Part shown: positions 41,001 to 51,500 of the stretch, one piece after another
Position numbering within the stretch: the stretch's first letter is position 1
Layout: every line of letters begins with the position of its first letter
Assembly: GCA_964035545.1 (NCBI GenBank)
Contig: OZ037766.1
Coordinates: 14,250,722-14,314,721, forward strand
Direction of reading: 5' to 3'
DNA: 64,000 nt
From: Bugula neritina
Lineage: Eukaryota > Animalia > Bryozoa
The notes under the pieces: generated by a model
Told to the model about the DNA's origin: nothing
What the model saw: only the letters and a program-made list of their open reading frames with translations
Databases searched by the model: none
Position numbers and translations under genes: made by a program

Positions 41001-42626
41001 ATTTACCAACTTTTTATACTAGTTTTATTCGAAAACAGTTGGATATCACAGTAGTGTAAACTTAGATAGTGCTATAAACGCCACCTAAGTTTGTCGAACC
41101 ACATGAGTGGGTATTATGTGCACAACTGCAACTCAAGTTTGACTAAATTGCTTATTTTAGTTTTAGCTAATACGGATAATGTATTTGCTGTCTTTTCATA
41201 CTAGTTCTATCGAGAAACTGCAAGGTACCACAACTACATAAAGAAAAAAATGTTGAATTTTTGCATGAAAGTCGTATACGAAAGCTTAAAAGTAGTGAAT
41301 AAGGCATTATTACTTCAACAATAACATAATTTGTCAAAAATAATATACAAGCAAACTATCAAAACCATAACCAACTTGAGTGGCAGTTTGCAATGTGGGA
41401 GGATAACTTCCAAATCTAATATAGACTAACATAGGTGGTGCTGCCACCTAAGTGAGTTGGTTATTAGAAACAAGAAAAGAGGGGGATAACTTCTCATATC
41501 AAATATAGACCCACTTGTGTAAAGCATGCTTAAAACATGTTTTACACACTTTGAGACCCATTTAGAATATTTCTGAGAAAATTTACTTAGGTGGTGGTAT
41601 AAGCACCACCTAGGTTTATGATCCCACACAAGTAGGTACTATATAGACATCTGCCACCTAAGTTGGGTACTATCTGACTATATATATATATATATATTTT
41701 GTTTACTTCAACTACACACAAACACACACATATAGCTGAAGTAAATACAGTCTTTATACCATTAGCATGGCTGGCTTCTGATAACATATGATGGCATCCC
41801 TACATGTCAGTAAGTAGTTGCTCTAGATGAGGGAAATAATTCTATACTGTAAATACATTATGCCAACATCATCATGGTTCTATTGCTATGGACTCACATT
41901 AGCACGTTCCTCCTGTTCATTAAGACGAGTTAGCTTTTCTACTGCTGAGCTCTGCAGTTCAACAATCTTTTTAGCCAATTTTTTTTCATCTAATAAAAGG
42001 CATGACTGAGAAATTTTGTCAGAAAACTCAGTGGCTATGGTTTTTCTTTTTTGATCAAGAGACCAATGATACCTCTCAAGCATGCATGCCTGGTAGTGCA
42101 TCTGTATAAGGAAAATAAAATTGATCGCATAAATAAATACAACTGAAGAAATAATTTCATAGGATATTTCATATTTAACAGAGTTGAAGCCAACAATAGA
42201 CTTAATACATGATTGAACCCCTGACAAACAGAAGTTCAATATATCATGCCTAGATTATTACTTTTTAAAAATATGAAAAATAGTAAAAACACTCAAGATT
42301 AGGTTAATGAATAGAAATTCAGAAGAATGGGCAGTATTTGCAGCAAGTGAACAGAAAGATGTGTAAAATTACAAAGTCTATGAAATCATCCAGATTTTAG
42401 TGTGTAAACTCCAACAGCTTAGACTCACCCATGCTTTGACTAATTCATCTTTCCATTGAATTGTTTTAATAACTGCTGGTGAAGCAGTACCGGAATCAGG
42501 CGACAATTGCGCAGCGTCATCTGGAACATCAATGACTACCGTGACAGGTTCTGTAACCATCTTATTTGTAGCCAGTTTGATTCTCTCTTTTTGATTGCTT
42601 CGAGATTTATTTTTCTTGCGTGCCAT
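29027..42626 (-). CDS. Paralogue C: triple-CCCH zinc finger plus RING-H2 E3 ligase-like protein (~800 aa)
   Basis: Exons (-): 42626-42429, 42101-41898, 33418-33238, 33029-32433, 32230-32138, 31712-31552, 31252-31076, 30900-30673, 30302-29961, 29495-29409, 29161-29027; same 11-exon phase pattern as B. ZF1 KTGLCWDYMNKKVCPWGDECIFAHGKKELR; ZF2 KTVICKLWQSGRCSNTKAQCSYAHG; ZF3 CRPNMKGKCNLKDSE|CVYAHA; RING DECTICALEFSEEHPRFPLECEHDTFHAK|CIGKWIMSKDQSCPICR. Confidence 0.9.
32260..32356 (+). mobile_element. Isolated copy of the left end of the 33877-41678 element
   Basis: cctacttatgtggcagacatttaagctcaacttgtgtggcgttttcactatcattatatatacc closely matches 33888-33952 and also follows a TA run. Confidence 0.8.
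37840..39985 (+). pseudogene. Degraded tyrosine-recombinase-like ORF with C-terminal Myb/SANT-like remnant
   Basis: Hand-translated fragments, with stops and frameshifts, in order: KNR...EMLSNLRFYHW (~38610-38690), EQKVGENK (~38810), KIFISAA*KLGCLKFRPTYF (~39245-39303), QTMIES...LAFHLRH/VV*FRQHCIID (~39505-39627), RWLIEE...IPTRTKQQI*KKCKN (~39817-39953). Order fits YR catalytic motifs; recognised by eye only. Confidence 0.45.
40135..41150. repeat. ~235-bp tandem repeat (~4.3 copies), subterminal in the element
   Basis: Palindrome AACTTAGGTGGCG-CTATAAA-CACCACCTAAGTT recurs at 40351, 40586, 40820 and, diverged, at 41059, with near-identical sequence between copies. Confidence 0.97.
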
Positions 42627-44270
42627 GACTTACTTCTGTTCACTAATAATTGAGTAATTCATCAGGCTAATTTATCAATACTCAAACATTTTATTTGGAG
42701 AGATTTACAGCTCACTGGTGAATAAGTGACCGATTATTGATTAATATCATCAAACGCAAGATTTGCATTTGTCATATTCTGCGTGCTAGCAGAAAATAAA
42801 TTTCTATTGTTAAAAACAATGCTGTCTAACACACAAACAAAAATTTAAAAGTATTTATAACTTAAATTTTGAATCTCTATGAGTATGAGCTAATTAAGGT
42901 TTGAGTTCAATTGAACCTGATAGTAATACTAATAACTTGAAACTTAGGTGAACTGTTACTAGTAATTTACTCAAAATGAAAATTTATTACTTGACAATAG
43001 ACAAAAACTGAAAAAGCGCTCAATATCATCGTCATAATTATAAATAGCTAAGCCGTAATAACCAACACTATGACTTATGAGCCATGACTTAATCTTAAGT
43101 TACCGTCTAATTTTAAATAACTTACTCTTAGTCTTATTATGAATATAATTATATTACTATTAGTATTACCATAGTAAATAAGTAATGATACATAATATTT
43201 AATTTTATGTAGTGCCAACTCTAAGTCCAACTGTGATTCAATGGAACTATCAGTATAAGTTATAAGTATCACTATCAGCATGAGTATCTAAGCATCTCAT
43301 TTACTATTACTATTATTACTATTCCTATTACTTATTAGTATTAGTATTACTATTACTATTAGCAACTGCAATGCCAATAGGCTATAGTATCACTATCAGT
43401 ATTAGTAATAGTGATATAATTATCATTATTATAATTATGATAATGATAACAAATGCAATGTACCACTTTTTTGTCAATTAACAATTATAATGCATTTATT
43501 TTTAGCAATTCTATATACATATTACATGTTTCAACTTACTTACCTGAAAGTATTCAGTTTCTTTTTCAACCATAAGCGCAATACTTTTAGAATTATCAAT
43601 ACTGACTCTGAGTGATTAATGGTTTCACTTGAATTGACTTTTTTCAACTGAAGCGTAGGGATACAACAACAACCTACCCTGGAATCTGCTGCACCAACAG
43701 TTTTATATAGGAATTTATTTGAGGAGTGACTTCTGTTGGCTGCACGCCAAATGTGAACAGACTAATATCACGCGGCCTCTTTTGTTTACATTTTGACCTT
43801 GTTATGACGATCAGCTGAGAATTAGGGGAAGTCCAAACTTGTAACACAGCACATGGAAAGCACTTGGCAGTGATAAAAAACGCTTAGCTAGTCATCTCTA
43901 TTGTTTATTATCTTATGTTGAACTTTGACTTGTGTTTTATCATGATGCTGTGATGGAAAGAATCTCTCATGATCGCACCAACAGGGAAGCAGTTTTTAAT
44001 CCAGGGGTGAACAACCATTTGAAAAATGTAGATTTTATATAGGGTCGCACATTGTCAATAAACATATCAATTTAGAGTTTCTGTTGTGTTTAATAAGATC
44101 CACAAAGTACCACTTGTATGGCATCTAATGCATACAATAGCCAAATAAATTAGAGTAAATATAGTTATATAATATTTGCTAGCTATGCAAAATGGTGAAG
44201 ATAACAACACCTCAATAGTGGGGTTGAAGCTCTGACAGCACTTACTTGCTTAGCAGAGTAGAGAGAGCGT

Positions 44271-44726
44271 TGTAGTTTTGTGCACTACTGAAGTTGGGTA
44301 TTATTGTACACACGAGTTACTGCTGCATGCTTTGCTATAAGGTTACGAGAGAAACCGAAATAGTTGACGTTTAGAAAAGAACTGTATTTAATGTCTAATT
44401 ATATACAAGTAAAGTCATCAATAGTCGCAAAAGAATATACACATATAGAGCAGCTACACAATATTATCTTAGTCTATCTGGCAGTTATCCTCTGACTGAG
44501 GCTAGGCTCCAGAAGGTGCTGTTTATATCTGAGGGGTTGGCTCTGATTGGCCGATGAAGAGTTCCTTCGGTGCCACTGTACGGAGGGATGCAGTGCCACA
44601 TGGGGTTGTAGTCTCCTGAAACTTTATAATACTTTATAATATAATACAATGTCCCAGTTCTGCTGTAAGTATTTATATAGGGAATGTTGGGGGGGGGGGG
44701 GGTGTATACTTCCCACAACCACTACA
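44271..44726 (-). mobile_element. Candidate solo LTR
   Basis: On the minus strand it starts TGTAGTGG and ends AAACTACA, with CCAAT (~44547), TATAAA (~44525) and ATTAAA (~44390) in promoter-to-polyA order. No clean TSD. Confidence 0.55.
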
Positions 44727-45537
44727 AGAACTCATATTTGGCAAACTATGTGTAACAATATCTGTGCTGAACTATAAGTACCTGTGTTATCAGCTTCCGT
44801 CTAGGTTGACAACATGGCTAGCAACAGAGAAATTGGAGGCACATAAAAAGACAGAGAGCAGGTCACCTACCCTTGTTATAACTCTTACCAGTGGAAAACA
44901 AATGCAAAATTGGATGGCATAAAGTAGAGTAAAAATCAAAGCTATCCATTTTACTAGATCATCTTCTGACAAACTAGTTATCACCTATCTCTGTCTCACG
45001 CAGCACGTTATACAAATTAGTTCTTTCTTTTTAAATAAAACTTTTAAACAGATGGTATGCAATGTGAGTGTTGGCAGCAACAAAGATCTTTATAACAACA
45101 TTCATAGTGCCAAGTAGTGAATTGCTGAATTTGGCTTTTATTTGAATAGCACCAGTTTTGGACCAATAAGTAGCCAACTTGCCTGACTGAGACATGACTA
45201 CAACAAAGTTGCACAAACATTAATTCTAATGTAATAGACTTACAAGTAATAACAATAAAACTCAAACTATATACAGGTATGTACAAAAACTTTGGAAGAC
45301 AATGCCCACAGGCAGTTTAAGTATCGAAATAAATAATTGAAATAATAGACTCAGAAGTTGCACAACATATACGCTGGCCAAAATTTAAAAAATATCGAGA
45401 TAAAATGCTGCCACTTTCCAGAGTCTTTAACACCCAGAAAGAAACTAATTTAGAATATCAATGCTAATATGCAGTTCTTCACAACAACACTAGTAACATT
45501 GATAGGCAGTGTAGTATATACATGTTGGGGTCACACA

Positions 45538-48500
45538 TTATCTGTGATCTTTCAAATAATCTTGAAACACTTTCCACTTCATCAACTTCATACAAGCTGA
45601 AGCATCTTCAGAGCTGTCATGACCAGCAGCTAAAACAGAATTTGCTATGTGATTAGCTCACTTCATCTAAATTAAAGAACCCCTGACACACTTTACTTAT
45701 ATAACATGAAAATATTCATCTATATCTTAGCTATCAATTAAGCATCCCTTTAAGGGTGGATGGCTATACTATTTCATTTTATAACAAGTTTAGTGCATGC
45801 ATGTCCAAAAAACTTTCGGATTTCTAAGCTCTCAGTGCACACGTATTACGCCGGTTTCCGGTCTGCTTCGCGTCCTAATTACTATATAACTAATAGTAAT
45901 AATTGCATACTTTCGCGGCGTGTTATTTTTAGCCACTGCAACACACAGATAAACCACTATACTGACATAAATTTTAAAACACAGAGTACAACTAATGCTA
46001 AATGAAAAAAACAAATGATACCATTTTATTATTGATATTAGGAGCTAAAGTTACTTCCGTTAGAAATTTTGAGCATCGGAAAAATGAAATAGCCTCACCC
46101 TCACGATGTAATTAGAACGGGTGGCTAAGTACGGCGATAACACGATATTGTTAAAAGAAATTAGCTAAATCCAACGAGTGGTAAACTTTTCTATAAAACA
46201 TTACAAATAATTGCATATTCAATTATGTAACTTATTACGCTTCCAAATAGATTATCATTACCGTAACCGGATATTACCAATATAACCTGTGCCTAGTAGT
46301 ACTACTACTAGTAGTAGTCGCTCGCTATCTATATAAATTCGATTTCATATTCATATTCATATTGCCATTGGACTCTAATGAACAAACTTATTACCTATAT
46401 TACTAGTTACACTTACACTTACTGTCGACATGACTACACGAATGGCTTCAAGTTCTAAATGCAAATGCAAAAGAAGAGTGTGTGAAGCTGCAATGTGTTC
46501 GTACAAGGAGAAACACATGTTTAAATGGCCTGCTGATACTGTGTGTGGTGAAAAATAGACCAAGTTTGTCAATACGAAAAGAAAAAACTTTCTGCCTGAT
46601 AACAACTCTCGTTTGTGTTTTCAGCATTTTGGTGATGAACAATTTACAAACATGGGCATGTATAAAGCAAAACTCATTAACATGTAAGTGAATAACTCAC
46701 TCAAACTCATAGTGACACTGACTTAGTGATTGTGATAGAATTAGACGATAATGATAGTTTTTTTAATGTTGATTTTCAACAATAAGTATAACTATAACTA
46801 TTAAGTATTACTACAAGTTGGTATAAGTCAATAGGATTGTCATGACCGTGTTGATTCAATTTCATGTGACTATGACATAAACTTGCAAGTACAAGTTTGC
46901 ATTTATGATTTACACGATAACCATTATTGTAAGGAAATTCATTTATAATGGCGATAATATGAAAGACTTATGATTATCAGAATGTGTCATAGTCACTTGG
47001 ATACATACCATTAATATTATGATTCATACGCACTGATACTCATGCTATGAGTATGATACTGGTAATGGTGCCCATCATCAATACCAGTAAAAATTAATGG
47101 TAAATATTGTTCACTTAGCTTATTGAAAGAATAAAAATTCATTGTCTTTGATTTACTCTTTAGATTGCATTTAGAGAAAACAGCAGTCCCAACTATTCAT
47201 TTAGTGGAAACTGAGGGTGCAACTGGATGCACTCCATTAACTCCTCGGAAACAAAGTCAGCAGGCGGCCACTATCACACCTAAAGAAGCTCGCTGGTTAA
47301 AAAGATCAGACCCTGGTTTTCTGTAAGGATTATAATGTTGAAAATGCGATCTTGAGCAATAAAATTGAAATATGATATAGACAGCAATTGAGATTTTCTG
47401 CAGCTGTTTCAATAATACTTTTCCATTTACCTTCATATATAATAATATTTTAGAGCTTTGCCAAGTCAAACTAAAAAACCAGCTCTCAATCTTAAGCCAG
47501 AAAAGAAGGGCCTACTGAAAGGAATAGGACACAATAAATATGTGCAAACACCTAAAAGGATGCAGAAAAAGATTAGAAGCAAAGCTGTTCAATGCTGGTA
47601 TATAGAAACATGGCGAAATAGTATTGTTCACTTAGCTCAAAAACTGAATTCATAGCTTTTCTCCATATTTATTTTTATTTAAAATGCATGTTCTAATGCA
47701 ACAAAAAAACAAATATTTTTGTGTAATGGAAATAATATTTTTAATTTTCCACCTCAAGGTGTGTCAAAAATAAATTTGGACAATATATCTACTTGTAGTC
47801 TCAGTTTCCATTGAACTGTAGATATTCGTTTTCACTGTAGAGCAGCTGTATGTTTGGTTTTGTTGGTACTTTATTAGAGCCATGAATAGCAATGTGAAAA
47901 CAATAAATAGCAATAAATAAAACAATATATTGGTAAAAATATGTAAAAAGTTATACTATGTCACAAAGTTTCATAAAAACAACGTTGGGCAGTAAGGTAG
48001 AAGAAGTCAGTAAAAGTGACTTGATTGCTGGGATCAGCAGAAGAGGGCTGAAAACTAAACCACACTATCTGTAGTTTGAAACATCATGAATACTAATTAT
48101 CATAGTTTTCTGCTTACATCAAAACTAAGTAGAGTGAAGTAAATTCTATTTGTTGAATCAAAATTCAAGCATTGTAGAATATGATCTTAGAGTCACTTGA
48201 AAAGTTCAGCGCAAAAATAGTCACCATATTGAAGTATATTCACCATTATTGCAACTCAAACTCAACGGTAAATTAATTTCAAAGGTCAGGGAGATTGCAA
48301 ATAATGAGGTTTATTCTCATAGTAAGCTGTACACACTACAAGAGGCAGTAGCAACTGACTGCCACTAAAAATCACCAGAGTGTTAATGTTCATAAATCTT
48401 CATTGTACACGAATTTGCTGAACATCCATTCAGCAAATTCTTCCTCATCACCAGTTGGGGGGAATGTAGCTTGCACCCAATCATATAAGCAAGCTGGTAA

Positions 48501-51500
48501 AGGGCGTCTCTCTGCTTTTTTAATATCTGGAAACAGCCAGAACACCACAAACCGGTAGCTGCAGAACCTTTTTTTAGTGTTGAGAGAATGGGCCTTCTCA
48601 TCAAACAAATCATCTACCAAAATAAATGATTGGCTAAATAATCAAGTAAGACTATCTAGAAAAACTAACAATGACAGTTACTGATATACAGTAGCAATTG
48701 ACTAACCATGATATCTCAGGTAGCTGCTGTATGCAACTTCTAATACAGCTGGTTGCGTCAATTGCTGTACTCCCGGGTGCTGTGTTATACATTCCATGCT
48801 GCTATCTAATCGAAGGTTTGCAGCATGATCACGGCAACAAACAGACTGTTCCACTGTAGGCTGATTTTGGCAGCGGTGGCAAGTGCACCACTCCGTGGCT
48901 GGCCTTATATTTTTCTACAAAACAAACAAGCTTTTCTAAAAACGTTATTACCAGTATCATCCACATTAAGTCCATTAATTACTGTGTCTAAATTTGTTTC
49001 CTGTATTTTTCTTTGTATTGAAAATTGAGTCCAATGAGGCTGAAGTTTGAAAATACTTTAAAATCATGGGTTTTAAAATATTCCAAGTTTGCATTACTGT
49101 TCAAACTATTTTTATATTTATAGTTAAAAATTAATTAGATTTTTTATATTAAAACAAACTCATAATTTTTGCTATGAAATAAACTAATTTTCAGGAATTT
49201 TAAAATATTTTATTGTTGTTAGTACTATATGTTATACTATAAAAGCAGAAATTCAGAGAAATAGGGGGCTTAGAAATAAAATACTAAATGCTATCATCGT
49301 GAATGCAAGTTTGACATGATTATGTATGTGATTAACTTATTTTGTTAAGGATCGGTATAACCACAATTACAATAAAAGTGAATAATAATTATCATTATTA
49401 TGCATTTATAAAAATACAGTCTTTCCCTTGACTTAAATTATCAGGTAAATCTAACTACAAATAATTAATACTAATACCTGTATTGGTAGTAGTAATAACA
49501 AAATTAGTATTGATCAAATACTTAATTACTTGACTAGAATTTGTAAACATTAAATTTAATGATTATCACTTTATTATTAATAATATTATATAAACTGATG
49601 GCAATCATCAAATATTTAGCTTGTAATTTGATATCATGCTTGCTCTAAAGCTTTAGTAGCACAAAACTCAGCTATATTAACTAATTAAGCCAGGATCAAT
49701 ACGAGCATTGGCATTGAGCATTGGCATTACGATTACAAAATGAAAATTAAATATTATAATTATAATAATTTATAACTTATACTTATACTAGCTTATACTT
49801 ATAACTTAAAGTTAAAGTATTACTATTAGTATTAGTATTACGGTATTAGTACTACTATTATTAACACTATAAGTATAGTTTATAAAATTTAATCGTACTG
49901 ATACTGTAAAATTATAAATATTATCACCTGTTGCTCATCAGTAACATTAAAATCCTTGTCATGACTATCATCTCCATTTTCATCTTGATACGTAAACGGC
50001 TCAAACTGATAGCCCATTACTTCAGAAATCTCAGTGACAGCGTGAGTGTGATTGTCATAGTCATACTCATTGCGATTCTCACTGTGCTCTAAGTATTCTT
50101 CGTCAGAGCCAGATATGTTCATATTGATATCGTATTTATGTTATTTCTGTATTAGGTTTAACTTTATCACAATTACACTGCACAGACTCGGACATGGTAA
50201 GTTGGTAGCTATGTATTTATTGCCGCGAAATTTGTTTATGAAATAAAACCTAAATTCCACAATAAAACACTAATTGGGGGGCTAGACAGACGTCCGATAA
50301 ATTAAAAATGCTAAAACTAAGGTTACATGCAACGGAAAATATAGCCTATACTTATTTTCCGAATGTCCTACAGGCGGCATTTCTATCTATTTCTCGCAAC
50401 TGCGGTGTAATACGTCACAGAAAGGCGAAAAAAATTCTCGAAGTTTTTTGGACATGCATGCACTAAAATTGTTATAAAACAAAATTGTTCAGACCTGAAA
50501 CCCTAAAAGAGTGTTAAAATAATAGCTAAGACATAGATGAATATTTTCATGCTATATAAGTAAAGTGTGTCAGGAATTCTTTAAAGAGGAAGCCTACTTG
50601 TTATAATATAGTGGCTTTTGCATATAATTTTATTCACTATATAACCAAACACAGCATTGAATAAATTGTACTTCACTTTTTTAATCACTTGCTTCAATAA
50701 TGGCAAAAGCTAAAGTAGCAGCTATTACTAAAGTTTACTAAACTGAAACTTCTACTGCCAACCAACTTCTGTGGAAAGTTTGCTGACCAAGTGCATTCCT
50801 ACAGTTATCTTAAAAACTCTACGTAATAAAAAAATCCCATTTAAACTGGGAAAAGTTTCTACTTTGGAAATTATGAACTTTGCACTTTTGAAAATTAAAC
50901 CCCATACAAGGATCAGGTTCCCAAAAGGAACTTAACAAAACAACTAAAGATATGAAAGTCTACTTATCAGATTCATAGATTGTTAGAAGTCAAAAAGCAA
51001 AATTTACTAAAACATATATTGCATAATATAAAATTGTCATTTAGGGGATAAATATGGTAATAATTATTCTTAAGCTGTGAAAGCAACACTCAACAGCTTT
51101 AGCTCACAGCATTTGAAACAAGTTTCACCCCAAATAGACATTAACCAGCTGTGACAACAAGCATTCAACCTGATAAAGCTAATATATCAGAACACAACAA
51201 CATTTTATTGTCATGGATTACTTACATCCACTTTCTTGAATAAGTTGATTAAGTATTTCCAACATGAGATTCTTGAGTGCTCTTTTATAAGGGAGGCCCT
51301 TTTTGTGAGGCCATACTACAGATGTATCGACCACAGTGTTGTGAATCAACTAAAATGTAACATATCAGTAATTGTGTAGAACCATATATTAGTAATAATA
51401 TATTATCATATATCAATAATAATAATGTATTATTATATATATCAGCAATGATGTAATATCCTAAACGAGCTAAAATTTAGCTGATAATGAAAAGGAAATT

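Larger units (their letters stand above)
33877..41678 (+). mobile_element. Decayed 7.8-kb DNA element with imperfect terminal inverted repeats, inserted in (TA)n; putative tyrosine-recombinase (Crypton-like) transposon
   Basis: Left end (TA)n-atcacacatcggCCAACTTATGTGGCAGATatt; reverse complement of right end (TA)n-gtcagatagtacCCAACTTAGGTGGCAGATgtc. Fills most of intron 2 of paralogue C. Interior is stop-riddled coding-like DNA plus 235-bp subterminal repeats. Confidence 0.7.
45676..50580. mobile_element. Kolobok-like DNA transposon, internally deleted and non-autonomous, in the last REXO1 intron
   Basis: TTAA at both sides (45672-45675, 50581-50584), termini 5'-AG...CT-3', and ~150-180 bp imperfect TIRs (agaa(cc/tt)cctgacacactttacttatata...tagtgcatgcatgtccaaaaaactt). 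Holds two convergent genes. TTAA TSD, purine-purine start and THAP domain fit Kolobok better than piggyBac (CCC ends). Confidence 0.85.

Noticed and set aside
40135-41150. Possible CRISPR-like array of palindromic repeats
   Set aside because: The intervening sequences are near-identical, not unique spacers; no cas genes; eukaryotic context.
16181-42626. Naming B or C as Makorin, Roquin, Unkempt or ZFP36
   Set aside because: Domain order and RING type do not match those families, so no symbol was assigned.
48390-50122. P2X7 receptor gene
   Set aside because: Only the Cys-rich ballast-like domain is present; no transmembrane or ATP-binding ectodomain; lies inside TIRs.
45676-50580. piggyBac assignment from the TTAA TSD
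   Set aside because: Ends are AG...CT, not CCC...GGG, and THAP plus accessory gene content fits Kolobok.
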